Shown: positions 1 through 13,778 of the stretch, in pieces
Numbering within the stretch: position 1 is the stretch's first letter
Layout of the letters: the number at the start of each line of letters is the position of its first letter
Source: Vicugna vicugna
Lineage: Eukaryota
Length of the DNA stretch: 64,000 nucleotides
Reading direction: 5' to 3'
Assembly (NCBI GenBank): GCA_013265495.1
Contig: MU058844.1
Span: 9,506,184-9,570,183, forward strand
Position numbers and translations under genes: made by a program
Notes under the pieces: model-generated
Seen by the model: the letters and a program-made list of their open reading frames with translations, nothing else
What the model was told of the DNA's origin: nothing
Databases searched by the model: none

Positions 1-144
1 ATGATCATATTTTTATTTTAAGAAGATAACTTTATGAACTGTATCAAGAGGCTGGAAGAGAAAAAGTGATTCCAGTTGGACAGAGGAGAGGTGGAGATTA
101 GGGTCTAGAATAATACAATGAGAGTGAAATGGAGAGAACCAATT

Positions 145-330
145 AATTAATTCACTCATTTATCAAATATTTATTCACTGTAGTACACCAGACTCTGAGG
201 ATGCAGTGGTGAGTAAACCCAAGTAAGTTCCCACCCTCAAGGAGTTTACAGAAGGTAGAGGACATGTATGTTAATCAAATCATCGTACTAATAAGTGTAA
301 AAATGCAGATGTAACAAATGTGGAATGAGA
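145..330 (-). mobile_element. L2 LINE 3' fragment
   Basis: ttcactcatttatcaaatatttatt...ccctcaaggagtttaca is the typical reverse-complemented L2 3' end. Confidence 0.7.
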
Positions 331-698
331 AAAGGCAAACTGAAAGAAAAAAAATCTCAGAGTAAAATTGACAGGACTCATTTAGTTACTGGGATTTCAG
401 AATCTACCAAAGACATGTTTCCTGACCTACTTTCCTGAAAGAATATTCAAACTAATTTGTGTGACAGAAATAACATATGAGAAGTGCCATCCAAGAAGAT
501 GTATTAAGTGACAAATTGTGCAGAACAGATTTAAATGACCTTTTACCAAAAGATGAGATCAATAAGCTATGAATTGTAAATTCTGATTTCTGCAATTACT
601 ACCACTTATTTTTCATTGTCACCGTTCAGTTGAAATGATGGTACTTTGATGATGAAATACAGTTTACTCCATGTCTCTCCTTTTTTATTTTTATTCAG

Positions 699-817
699 AT
701 GTTGCCAGAGCAATTGAATTACTGGAAAAACTACAGGAATCTGGAGAAGTACCAGTGCACAAGCTACAATCTCTCAAAAAAGTCCTTCAGAGTGAGTTTT
801 GTACTGCTATTCGAGAG
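699..817 (+). CDS. LIN7A: LIN7A coding exon (probably exon 2), L27 domain helices: (D)[39 protein letters not shown]
   Basis: Polypyrimidine tract + ttcAG acceptor (697-698) and GAG|gtatga donor (818). 119 nt; the first two bases complete an Asp codon. Translation matches the LIN7A L27 sequence; the [15 protein letters not shown] residues distinguish it from LIN7B/C. Confidence 0.97.
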
Positions 818-2199
818 GTATGACACTAAGATTTTAATAATACTTTTAATAATAATAATATTCTGCCATGTGTCTTATGACTAGAAAGCATGTCTTTTCC
901 ACACAAAGTTAAGATTGTAACTACATCTTAGCCTTCTGTTTTTAACTGCTTAGACAGATGATAAAATATAGTCTGCTAAGTTCTTAAGTTAGAACCCATT
1001 AGGATTTATGCATTCATATATAAAACCAAATGTTAATCTTATGGTACCAATGAAGTGGCTGCCTCAGCAGTTGCCTGTGACATGTCGAAACTATGTAGTA
1101 GTCACATGAAACCATCTGGAAATTTAGGTAGAAATAGTCATGATTAATAGGAGCTGAGCTTTTCTTAAAAGAACACTCAACTGAATCTTTCACAGGTACA
1201 TCTGAAACAGTAACTTCCTAGTGACTAAAGGTATAGTAATCCAGACATTACTGTTTAGTGCAATAAATGGGAAATTGAACAGGTTGATATACCTTCAACA
1301 GATCTTTATAATGCTTTCCTCATTTGTGTGGTTTCAAAAAGCCTGAGGTGAATCACGTGTGTGTAAAATGACTATTTGAATTTCATGTTGCCTTGGGTGG
1401 AATTGACCAATTAATGAATTTCACTGGTTACAAGATAGTTCACTTAAGATATATATATACTACATTGTTTTATTCAGTAAGCCCATCGCGCCCTGCCTAT
1501 CAGATGCTAAATAACAATTTATCAATTACAACCTAAAGTCCATATATCCAGCATATTGTCCCTCTAGAAGTCCCCAGCAATGACTGGCAGAGAATTTGTT
1601 ATAGCAGAGGGCACACGCCTCTCAAGGGATGCTTGTATCAACCTCCCTTACTCTTTGAAACTCTACTTGTGGTTAATGCATATTTTATGCCTCAACAGTT
1701 CTAGTGTGAATTGTCACTAAGTGAAAAGGACTCATGTGACTGCAGTAGAGACATACAAAACCTCTCTCACTGCATATTTAACCCAGAGCCTACCCAGTGC
1801 GGTTAATATTTGGATTTTGCTGAGATTTGACTTAGACTGCTTGTGCTAAGTCTTTATCAAGTGAAGTTCACTACTTAATTTTTGTTTGTAATGAACACAG
1901 CTTAAGGAAATAGTCATAATTCTAGCTCTAAGGTTTAACGTCTGAGTTTGACTAAAGACTCAAAGGAAATTTCTCAAAGTGTATGAATTCTTGGCCATTG
2001 GCTGCGCAGCGGGAAAGGTATAGATGTGTAGAAACCCCGTGGGCTTCCTTTAGTCACTCGGTAGACCAAAGCTAAATCCCCTGTACACTCTTTTCTTCCT
2101 TCACAGGGTGCTCCTCCCCTGAGATTTGGTGGCTGGCTTTTCATCTTAGATACTCTATCACCTTTCTGCTTTCCACAGAACTAAAGAATTAGGAACCAT

Positions 2200-3145
2200 C
2201 AAATATATCTCTCAGCTCACTGGGAATTTGGCTTGTAATCAATGCAAAGTCTCTCCTTTCATGGAACTTACATTCTAGTGAAAAAATGATGATAAATAAT
2301 ATACAGCAAAATATCAGAAAATGACAAGACCACGGAGAGAAATGAAGTAGGATTAGGGGAGTATATGGGTAAGGCTCTATTAAATTAAGGTGATCAGAAA
2401 ATAACCTAACTGAAGTAGTGGAATAAGTCTCACAGATACTAAGAGGGTGTAGTATTCCAGGCAGAGGAAACCACAAGTGCAAATTACCCAGAGGCAAGAA
2501 TGACCTTAATCCGTAGAAGGAACAACCCAATAGCCAGTTACACCTGCAGTGAAATAAGGAAGGTAGGCTGCTTAGAAGCAATGGGAGAGAGGATCACGTA
2601 AGGCCTCTCAGGCCGTGGTGCAAACATTAGATTCTATCCTAAGCATGATAGGAAGCCCTTGGAAAGTTTTCACCTGCCCTGATTAGCTTTGCAAAAAGGT
2701 TTCTCTGACTGCTGTGAGAATACAAGTGTCTGTCCAATAGTAGAAGCAGGAGAGACCAGTAACAACATAAGGAGTTGGTCAATTAAGAGATCAGGTGGTG
2801 GCAGCTCGGATGAAGGTGGCAATGGTGTGAGTAGTGGGAAGTTGTCAGATTCAATATATGTGTTTTTGAGAATAAAGACAGTAGGAATTGTTGATGTATC
2901 AGATACATGGGTGAGAGAGAGGAGCCTCCATTGATTCTTAGGTGTGGGCTTGAACAGTCAGATGAATGGTGATGTAATGAACTGGGAATTTTTGCAGATG
3001 GACCAGTTTGGAGAAGACTATCCAAGAGCTCTGTCTGGACATAGTAAACTAATGATGCTTTTCAGACATCCAAGGAGAGCTGTCCGGCAGGCATCTTAAG
3101 TCTGAAGTTCAGAGGAGAAGCTGGTGCTGGAGATGTAAATATGGT
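2200..3145 (-). mobile_element. L2 LINE fragment (~0.9 kb)
   Basis: L2 motifs such as ttccaggcagaggaaaccacaagtgcaaa, gaagcaggagagaccagtta and agacatccaaggagagctgtc. Confidence 0.8.
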
Positions 3146-5114
3146 ACAGCTATCTGTTCAGATAAACACACAAGCCTTTTTCTTTAAAGAGTTTGCTAAG
3201 GAAAAAAGAGAATGAGAATTTTTTTAAAAAGCAAAGAAATATGGAGAGCTTATATAGATATTATAAATCTATTTTACAAACTCTGTCACTATGTGTGTCA
3301 TTAACGGTCCATGGAAATCTATAACTATAAGCAATCCAAAAATTTCAGAGAAAGAAAAGATGACATATCTACCTTACATTTTATAAGGTAGATAAGATTA
3401 ATAAGATTACCTTTATGTTCAGAGTAATGGTCTTAGTAATAATTTTGTTCTTAAAGGCAATACATGTTAATAGAAATTGATTTGGTCCCTTCATCGTGGC
3501 TCACATTTCATACCCATTGCATGGTGTTGTTTATTTTTGTTAGGTTTGGAATTTTTATTATTCTTATGGTGTTGTTTTACATACACTGTGGGAAGTAGTG
3601 ATAAAAGTAAGCCAGTGTGTCTACAACAAATCTGAATCATAGAATAATATTTTGAAACCATCTAGTGAAAAGGTCTTCAATAAAAATGTAAAGGATAAAT
3701 ACATGTGGCCAGACAGGTGAACCCATAAGCCAGTAAAGAAAAACACAACTTGGAAGTATAAAGCTATTTGATGATAAATACCTGAAAATTGTTTTATTTC
3801 ACTCCTGGTCTCTTGGGTACTGATTGTTAGGCTGGCCTGAAACCTTTGAAGTTTTTTGTCTCTTATTCAGATAACGTGCAGAATCTCTGGTGTTAAGTTA
3901 TTTGGGTTTTCAGAAATATTATCCAGGTAATACTTTCCAGTGTGAAAGTTGTCAGTGTTGTCACGACAGGTGGAGAAACGAACAAGAACTACGGAGGTGT
4001 CGTTCTTAGTTGCGCTCCCCAGAGCAAGAGCCAGGTACAGGTCACACCCTTGCCAACAAGACTACAAAGGCCAAATTATGCTTAAAAAGAAAGCAGGACA
4101 AGCCAAGCTATTGCTAATTATTATTATTATTATTTGCAATACATAAGAGTAACTGCAGTTGCTGTTTCGTGTTGAGCACACCCATATTTTGCTTCACATT
4201 TGGATGAAACCACTGAATCACCTCCTGGCATACGTGCAGCAATTATAAGGAGGAGAATAGTAAAATTTTACTTTGTTTTTTAATGAAGAGAGATTAGAAG
4301 AGATTAGGTGTTTTCTCTACTTAATTATTTCTCTGTAATCTGTAATAAAGACTGAAAATTTTTGTGTTCAGTACTGAAGCAAGACCGTCTATGTATACCA
4401 CTAAGAAAGGCATCGATATGTTATCAAGTTGCCCTTGAATGACAATCCACACCCAGTTTTATTTGCAGAATACAGATAGTAGTTGGCAATACTTATCTTG
4501 ATTGTGTGTGGTTTTTTTGGTGGTGGTGGTGGTTTTGTTTTGTTTTGTTTGCCCAATGGTCTTAAAGGACGTGGTTAATAATTAAATTGCACCTATGTGG
4601 TGCAAGTAATTTTGGAGTGCTTGGCAGAGACATGATACTGCTTTTCCAAAGTGAGAGACACTGGCTGATAGAAGAAAGCTCACACAAATTTTTGAATGAG
4701 AGATAAAATTGAAACATTGGTACTGATATTTCTGGTAAAAGCCAATTCTGCAATTTTAAGTGGCTTCCTCAAGTTTTAGTTGATCACTGTATGAATTAGC
4801 TTGAATGACCCAAACTTATAAATCAAAATATAAGGAAAAATAAAGATTGAAATAAAAGGATTATAAAATGTTGATTTTTGAATAAGAGAATTTCCTAAGA
4901 GAATTAAATTGCTCCATTGCCAAGAGATGGGCTTTTCCCCAACACTTTATATTCTCAGTGCCTTGGAGAAAGAAGTCAATAGTATATGAATGGTCATATT
5001 TTAAGAGGACATCCAATTTCTGCACCAGAATACAAGGAGATTCTTTCTAAAACTAAAATAATAAAAAACAGAATTAGCCATCTGTTCACTATCATTATCT
5101 CCATAGAAACTATC

Positions 5115-5515
5115 ATTCTGTGATGGTGGATTGTTGAAAAGTTTTCCATTTCTCCTCTCCTTCTTAGCACATGTTACAGTTGGATTTCTCCATCCTCCTT
5201 AAGGCTACATGTGATTATGACAACCGCTTTGGTTAAGGAATTGTGTGTGGAAGTGATGTGTACCACTTGCTTGGGGAAGCCTTTGAGTCAGTGCATTATT
5301 TGCTGTGTTCCCTTCCCTTTGCCTTGTGACTGGTGATGTCTTCTATGATAAATGATCAATCAGCCTGGATTGCACAGTGCGAAAATGAGAATTATAAGCT
5401 TTAGCCAACTCTTAATAAACATGTAGTTTCAGCAAGAAATAAGTCTTTGTTACTATAAGCCCCCAAGATGTTGGGGTTATCATACCACAGCAAAACCCAA
5501 GCTGTCCTGACTGAT
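5115..5515 (+). mobile_element. MaLR solo LTR (MLT1I/J-like)
   Basis: ggaagtgatgtgtaccactt, agcaagaaataagtctttgtt...aagatgttggggtt and ctgactgata terminus. Confidence 0.7.
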
Positions 5516-6039
5516 AATAAAACAGTCATCAAGCCAAATTTACCTTAGAAAAAGGTTAAAAGCAGTAACAAGCTTTTTACTGCTGTAAAACCAAATTAAT
5601 TTTTAAAAACAATGTTGTATTTTCAGTAAGCTGGGGCATATCTTTTTTAAAACTATGTGAAATTGTTTTTTGATATAAGTGCTAATGCCAATTAGGTGGT
5701 TCATAAATTTTTAAATTTTGAGACACTTTGGTCATAGATTTTGTTTGCTTCTAGATTATCTCCCATTTGCCCCTACTCTCATTTTTTTTTTCCTTTCTGA
5801 GGATGGAGCTCATTAACCCTCCAGTCCTACCTCCCACCCTATCTCAGCCTCACATCATTTCTTTATAAAGGTATAATCAAGATAGAAGAAATAGTTGGAA
5901 TATATCAGTCTGCTATTCAAGTGCTCTCAGTCTCCGATGAAATTTTTTTCCTGGAGGAATCTGTAGATTGGGAATTATCACCACAATGTCTCCCACCAGT
6001 AAAATGTGGGAAATGTCACTGTGAGACATTCTGTCATTT

Positions 6040-6250
6040 GAGAGGGAGCAGCAAAGTCACTAGATCAGCATTGGAGTCAAGTGCACCAGTGTCCAAATCC
6101 CAACTTAGCTACTTATTTTTCACCTCTCTAAAATTTTATTTGTCAGTCTTTAATAGTGGGTGTAATACTACATCAGCTTTGAGGCGACTCAGATCGTTAG
6201 AGATTATATATGTAAAGCCACCTAGTACAGAGTCTAGCAGCTAATAATTA
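6040..6250 (+). mobile_element. MIR SINE (degenerate)
   Basis: ttggagtcaa...ccaaatccca...agattatatatgtaaagccacctagtacagagtctagca. Confidence 0.55.
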
Positions 6251-6659
6251 TACAGATGAGAGCTTTTATTATGAAGGCATACGGTCCCAGTTATCACTAG
6301 GTATAATGTATTGGTAAGTCAGGAAACGGATAACAGATGGGAAGAGAAGTGGTAGTTTCCATAGACTAGAGCTAAGAAAACCCATAAGATTAACAGACAT
6401 ATTCGTTGCCTCCCCATCATTCATTAAAACAAAATAAATTGAGCTATTGCACCCTAATTCCACAATTGTATGGGTCATAGCGTTATGACACAAGTGCTTG
6501 TTCTTGATGCTGTTCTGTACATCGTAATTTCTTATGTGGACAGAAACACAGATGGCAAATGTAATTAGTTTTATGAAAAAGCTAATGATTGGTTGTTTGA
6601 TAGAATATAGATGTCTAATTACCTTAAGAAAACATATACTTGGATCAATGGTGACAAGA

Positions 6660-6795
6660 TGAAATGAAAGAAGGATACATGGAAGGAGAAAAGAGTTGGA
6701 GGAAGGGAAAGAGAATAAAGGAAGGTAGAAAGGGAGAGAGGGAAGGAAGGAAGAAAACGCAAGAAAGGAAGAGAAAGAAAAAGAAGGAAGGGTGG
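6660..6795. repeat. Purine-rich (GAAG/GGAA) low-complexity tract
   Basis: Near-exclusive A/G composition; generates the spurious ORFs 6269..6880 and 6664..6900. Confidence 0.85.
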
Positions 6796-6834
6796 TTGAA
6801 GCTGAATCATGGTATAATGCATTATAATGGAAAG

Positions 6835-7090
6835 AAAAAACAGTACATGGAGAGCGAAAGAACATTGACAATGGATTCAAATCCTTGCTTGGCCACTTAA
6901 GTGTTCTTGTGAAAGTTGCTTAACCTCTATGATCTTGGTTTGGTAGATCCTTTTTCTTTTAGCATTAAATAACAAATTTACAGGATTGTTGGGAAGATTA
7001 GATCAAATGAGATAAAAAGTGTAAAATAACCTTAATTAACTAATATAGTCCCTAGCTAAGAGAGCAAGTAGTTGGGAAATGGTACCTATT
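6835..7090 (+). mobile_element. MIR SINE
   Basis: ggattcaaatccttgcttggccactta...gcttaacctctatg...caggattgttgggaagatta. Confidence 0.65.
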
Positions 7091-8216
7091 CTGCTGAAAA
7101 ATTTAGTGGTTTAGTGATGACACAAAAATTTTAATATGTTCTAATAGGAATATTAGTTACAAATGTGGAGAGTAATAGTTCTGTAGCTATAAACGTCCAA
7201 ACAAATGTAGAATTTTTTTCTTAATAGGAAGCTCCACATTTTAAGAATGATGTTTACAATCTGGGGTGGTTTTAGGGTAAACCAGTATAAGTAAGGAGTC
7301 TGTCATATGATAAGAAGTTAATAGCAACACCAGTTAGTTGGTCATACTTCAGATCACTTCAGAACAAGGAGTTCTTGACATCATATATAGGCCTTATGTT
7401 GTAGGTGAAGTAAGAGCAAATACATAATTTTTAATTTTTGTTTCCTTCCTTTTATGTGCAAATACTTTTATGGCAAAATGTGATTTTAATGTTTTACTTT
7501 GAACGTGGAGGGAGTGGCATGGATTCATTGTGTAAAATTATCATCCTTGTTATATAATGGCATCTAGAATAGAACTATATTCATTAAAATTAACAAAATG
7601 TATCTGACATGATGTTTATGCATATCTCTTTCTATTCATATTGAACTTAGCTTAAGTTGGCAGATGACAAAGAAAAGAAATCTTGGTGGCTCTTAGATTT
7701 CCTTTGATTTTATTTGCATTGCTAAATGTGCTGGGACACAAAAGCCAGACTGTTTCTTGGGTGGTAAGTTTCCTGCCAACAGGAGCACGAAGTCAAGAAA
7801 AGCTTATTTCTGAGCATCCTGAAAATACTTCACACAATACAGAATTTTTATTTTCTGCAGAAAAAGCTCAATTTTAAGAAGTGATAATTTGCTCAACATA
7901 TTTGCCCCCAATGTGTCTTGAAACATTTCCAAGCCAAAAGAACCATAAGTAATTGAAGAAAGCTTGACCAGACCGTGCAGTCAGGAAATGTTTGAACTGG
8001 TGGGTTGCTCAGAACAACAACAAAAAAATTAAAAGAGTGCCTCTGTTCACTTGATATAACCTACTTCTGAACTTTGGCATTTTGCATATATTTTGAAGCT
8101 AGTTATGGTGAAAATAATAGCTGTGCCCTTCCCACTTGGCATGCAATTGGGTGAAAGCCATGACTGTTTCAGTCAAGCTCTGATTTTTATCGTGTGAATG
8201 CTGATGTCCTATGGGG

Positions 8217-8244
8217 GTGTGTGTGTGTATGTGTATGTGCGTGT

Positions 8245-8280
<36 letters not shown>
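8217..8280. repeat. Compound microsatellite: imperfect (TG)n followed by (GA)~16
   Basis: Read directly from the sequence. Confidence 0.95.
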
Positions 8281-8281
<1 letters not shown>

Positions 8282-10769
8282 GCCTCATGGATATTTTAAA
8301 GGCCAAGTTGTTCCACCAGTGAAATATTTCTTTGTCAAGCAAAACTTCTAATGGAAGACAAATCTTAATACTGTGTGTACACGTGGATTATATATGAAAT
8401 TTCTGGGTCCAACATCGAGCTTGATTACTCTGGTGAAGAAGACAGACATTCTACTTTTGATGGAGATTTATTACTTTCAACATCAGGGTGCATTAGTGTC
8501 ACGCACTCTGACAATTATCCTAAAAGATGCCTTGCCTGCTCTGTGCAAAGTAGTCTAGTAATTTCACAGCTATAGCCTGGAACCCATGTTTTCAAGTTTT
8601 TATTTAAAAATGGAACAAAATGTGTTTTTTATTGTCAAAGTTTCTTGGCTTTTCAGAGGATAAGTGTTAATGCGCTTGGTTGAACTTAGGTCAGACACTT
8701 CATTCTGTTTCCTTTTTAAAGTAAAGGATTGCTGTGTCTTAGAAAAATTTGACAGGAGAAGTTCATTCACAGTTAGACTTGTAGAGAATGCTAGGCCCTG
8801 AGGAGAAGGCTAGCCCTTTGATTCCAGATTTGCTGGTCTGGTATGGTTGCTATTGGAAACATTGCCATTTTGGAGGGAGAAATTAGAGGCAGAATTGCGT
8901 GTAGAAAGGAAGATAATCTGTGAGGGAAAGGGAGTTGAACGGAGAAAGATTTGTCAGTTTATCCATGGGGAAGATCTGCAACAACTGAAAAGCCTGCAAA
9001 ACTCTTAAAGGTTACTTGTGCTTAGATGATTTCAATGAAAAAAAAGGATTCAAACGTCATTCCTCACTGACAGAGGCTACATTGTTGACACCAACCTTTC
9101 CAAAAATAACCTCATTTAACTTGAGGACAAAGGATTTGAGTAGAACCTGAATTCAGCTGAAAGTGTGTTAGAGAAAGCTCAGGAGTCCACATACATTTAC
9201 TCTGCTCTGATAAAGAAGTTGACTACTGTCGAAAGTGATATGAGCTGCACCTTTGAACACTTACTGCTATTAAAACAGACTCAAATTGATTGAATACTAA
9301 AAATGATATAAATATTTCCATGTAAAAGATCACTCCAAAGTTTAACTTCTTCCAAACCAAATAACACACCCTTCTTATTGAAATATATTTTAAGCAGATG
9401 CAAAGTTTTCTTTTTTATGTAATTGGTTTAATTTGGGATTATTATATTTCCAGGAAGCAACCATTAATTTTTACCAAAAAAAGTCACATAATCCTTTGTA
9501 ATTTATGAAATAACTCAATGTCAAGGGCAAAAATGGCATGAACATTTACACACAACTTTATTTTTCTTGGGATGACACCATAACTTCATTAGATTCACAA
9601 AAGGGTCCATGATATCTCTTCCCACCCTCATCCCTCAAAGAATGAAGAAAAATCCCTAATCAAGGATGATGGTGTCAGTTGAAAAATGCGAAATAACTTG
9701 CTGGTGTCTAACTATAAGGTCTTTCCAATTCTATGAATCTATAGTTACGTAGCAAGTAATTAACGTTTTTCTTCATGTAGATTACATGGACTTATGTAAG
9801 GCTCAGCATGTGTGCGTGGTAGGAATGTGTGACTTAGGAGGCTCTGTATGAAGGGGGTGGGGAAGGCAGATACTGTGAAGATTTTTAAACTGATAACAAT
9901 AATAACAAAAATAAATGTACAAAAACAGAATGACTGCATCACTCACTGGATACAGAATTTGTAAACTATAGTTATAGTTCTATTCCTGCATCTTTTTTAG
10001 AGAGAAGGTTCATTTTTAACAATGTGAGGAGTGTTTATAACGTCAACATGTCACTTTCTGGTAGCAAAAACAGGGTCTTTGTGGCAAGAACCATCTTAGA
10101 TTATAAATGCACTAATGGGTCATTGATCTTAAAGATACCTAAACAGACCCTTACCAGTAGTCCATAAGGACTCTGGAAGCTGTTAGCATCACTGTTGGAT
10201 AAATACTCAGCTCCAGCTTTTCTATTTGCTACTACAAATGATAAAATAAACAGTACATATTTCCAGAAGCTTGTAATTACATGTACTTTCACAGCAGTTC
10301 AAAATAATAGAGCCCTCAGAGAAGTTGTGTTTTATATCAGTCAGATAAAGTGAACATTCTGTCTTCTGTTGAGATCATAGGACTGGAAATCAGAACTTCT
10401 ATTTTTGGCACCATGGATGACAACATTTTTCCTCCCCGTGAACAAGTCATTTAACCTTTTCTTGCTTCAGTATTGCCAACATATGAGGAGACAGGTCCAT
10501 TTTTACAAGCCATCTAAAATGAATGTTAAGTTGCAAATTAGCATTTTTTAAAACCAGCCTGTTGTTATCCCTGAGTGTGATTTGCAAATACAAAAGGAAA
10601 TAGAATTAGTACCACTTATAATTCAAGTATATGCAAGGCAATTATCAGCTTCCTCCCTCTCTTCCTTTTTTTCCCTTCTTCCTTTCTTCTTATCTTCCTT
10701 TTTTTCTTTCGTATAAGATTTAGGGTTGGAAACTGACTACTACATCTTGTATTAATAATTTCCTTGACT

Positions 10770-11920
10770 TTTATGTAATCTTATGAGTACTTTTGTTTAT
10801 TCCTTAAACATATTTATCTTAATTTTATGTGTTTAAAATGTTACAAAAAGATACCATGCTGATAAAATCTTCAGGGATATTCTTTTTCACTTAATATCAT
10901 ACTGCTAAGATAACATTTTTTTTGTGTTATATTTCACTTGTTTTGACTGCTGTGTGATATTCCATTGTGTAATGGGTACTGCGGTTTATTAACTCACTCT
11001 CCCATTGGTGAGCATTGAGTTGTTTCCAGCTTTTCACTATGATCATTGGTGCTGCTACTAACATACATGCACTTTTTAGTTAGATAACTAAGACTTCTCT
11101 TGGATATATACGTAGATGTGGAATTTCTGTATCATAAGTTTTAAAAGTATTCAACTTTAAGAGATAACGCCAGTTTTTAAACTTGGCTGATCTAATTTAT
11201 ACCCCAAAAAGCAATATGGAAGTTGTGTACCCACATTACCTCCAACACTTGATGTATGAGACATTTAAGCTTTTAACAATTGAATATACTAAAATGGTAT
11301 CTTATTGCCGTAATTATTTGCATTTAATTGATCACTAAATTATTGAATATGCTTTCTTTTGATTTTTGGCCCTAAATATTTATTTTTCTGTGAAACATCT
11401 GTTCATGTATTTTCCTACTAGTTTGTGCTTTTACATATGTTTGTGTATACATATATTTTTAATATATTCTTATTACCATTTTTTTTTACTGGCTGTGTAT
11501 GTAGTGAATATATTCTATTTTATAACTTGTCTTTAAATGTCTTACAATTGTTAATTTTTAGATATTCACAGTAATCATTTTTAAAATAATCAATGCTTTA
11601 TTGGTGTCTCACCTCAAAAATAGTTCCCTACCCCAAAGTCTAGAAAATACTCAGTTATATTTTCTACTAAAAGTAAAACATTTTTTTTTATAATATGTCC
11701 CAAATTTATCTGGAGTTGATTTTTGTATATAGTGTGAGCTGGGAGTCCAATTTTGTTTATTATCTATAAGGGTACCTATTTATTTCCAGCTCTATTAAGT
11801 AATCCATAATTTCCTCCTTGATTTGTCACATTAATATACACCAAAGACTATACACGTGGATCTGTTTCTGGGTTTTCTGATTAATTGGTCAATTTATCTC
11901 TCCGTTTATTAATTCCCTAC
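10770..11920 (-). mobile_element. Ancient L1 (L1ME-like) 3' fragment
   Basis: gatattccattgtg, gagttgtttccagcttttcactat, aaaatggtatcttattg, tctggagttgatttttgtatatagtgtgag and ggatctgtttctggg. Confidence 0.8.
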
Positions 11921-12540
11921 TTACCTCATTTGGGGGAGTCCAAGGCAATGAATATTGGGGGAGGGGGGCACCGAGGCATAGTTTTAATTTTACCTAGTTG
12001 TGATCCTCGCTTTTGTTTCATTAGGAGGTTCTTGAGTGCTTACTGTGTGTGTAGAAGTAAATTAATGAAAGCAAGCCAGTCATGGATCAGTGGACAGTGA
12101 TGGTATGTGCCATGAATTAAAGGTTATGATAACTCCAGTTCTGTTCTTTGCACCTGAGGTCCAAGGAGGGAAGGGAAAAAAGAAAAGAACATAGCCTAAT
12201 GTTCTTAAACAGAGAATAGTTTCACATTCATGATTTGTGGGTCTCTTTCTATTTCTTTCATCAAGGTTAATTAAGGTTTTAAGTAAAGTGATCTGTCTTA
12301 CTGGGCTGAAGAGAGAGAATGTCCATTTCAATCATCAGAGTAAAATTAGCACCTAGCACAGTGTCTGCCAAATAATGAGCATTTAATAAGTATTTGTTGG
12401 ATGCATGAAGCAATTCGTTAAGGTGTCTCATTTTCATTAATAGGCAAACGTATATTTGATTTTCATAAGTCTTGAATTTCAAATGGGACTGAATTCATAC
12501 AAACACAGACAAAACATGATAACCCCTCTAGTTCAGAGTA

Positions 12541-12662
12541 AGATCTTACTTACATTAAAATGCCTTTCAGCTTTGAAAGGTGACCTGTAATTAGAACCAA
12601 AATTTTTATTTACATTTAAAACTTATTTCCAGTCTTGAAAACTGACCTGTAATTAGAATCAG
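12541..12662. repeat. Diverged ~61-bp tandem duplication
   Basis: tgacctgtaattagaa at 12581 and 12643, each preceded by ttacatt(t)aaaa...cag...ttgaaa. Confidence 0.8.
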
Positions 12663-13500
12663 ATTCTCAGGGTTCTTTATGTATTTGTATAAATATATGC
12701 AAATGTTGGTGTGAAGGTACAAATATGTAACATGTGGGTTATCATGTAGTAACTGTATATATATTGTGTTTGACATGAATTAAGTAATATATATAGGGTG
12801 TAAGATGAACCTTGGGAAGCACCTAGGCCTGTGTTCTTACCTTTGGGGAGTTACAAATTTCTTTATAATTCTGGTGATTATGAATCTGGTAAAATTATGC
12901 ACCATTTTCCCAAGAATACATACATGTGCAAAAAAAATTTTCTTAGCTCAGGGGCTGATAAATCCTCTGAAACTGATCCATTTAGCATCTTGATTTATGA
13001 TAACCTCTAATTTTATAGATGAGAAAATAAGTTCTGGAAAGTTTACATGGTCTTTCAAGCTAGTTAGTGTCTGAGTTAGTACAGAATCAAAGTCTCCTGA
13101 ATCCTAGTCTAGTTCTGGTTCCACTTGTTATGGAGAGTGGCAAAAATAGAACATTCTGAAATGTGGAAACAATGAAACATTGTTTCTCTACTTATAGGTA
13201 ATGAGCTAAAATAATTGGAAAATTGCATCATGATTCCATTTCCAGAATTCCTGTTCATATCAGTGTTCTAAGTATACCAACAGCATTATTTAAAATTTTT
13301 ACTTTGAGTTCTTTCTTTGCCTCATTTAACACAAGACAATGTGTTGCATTTTAGTAATATACTGCATCATATAATTGTTATCCAAATTTCCAGAAGGCAA
13401 TGTAAAACAATTAGTTACTAAGCATTGTATTATTGGCATTATATCACCAAAACAAATATGACATTTCCAGAAAATTTTAGTCCCTTATGGAAAGTTTAGG

Positions 13501-13778
13501 TTTTTTTTTAGAAGTATAGTTGATTTACAACATTATATTAGTTTCAGAGGCAAAACATAGTAATTTGATATTTCTATATGTTATACACCATACAAAATTA
13601 TTATAAAATACTGGCTGTATTCCTTGTGCTGTACATTACATCCTTGTGACTATTTATTTTATGCCTAGTAGTTTATACCTCTTAGTCTCCTTTACCTAGA
13701 TTGCCCCTCTCCTCACCCCTCTACCCTCTGGTAACTGCTAGCTTGTTTTCTGGATCTTAGAGTCTATTCCTGTTTTAA
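13501..13778 (-). mobile_element. 5'-truncated L1 3' end (cetartiodactyl-type)
   Basis: polyT + gaagtatagttgatttacaa...ccctctggtaac...gagtctattcctgtttt. Confidence 0.8.

Noticed and set aside
699..884. [13 protein letters not shown]... starting at ATG 699
   Set aside because: Wrong frame. The AT completes an Asp codon split by the upstream intron; the true frame is the L27 peptide.
6269..6900. Longest ORF (203 aa) and overlapping ORFs
   Set aside because: Driven by a purine-rich low-complexity tract and a MIR; no protein-like features.
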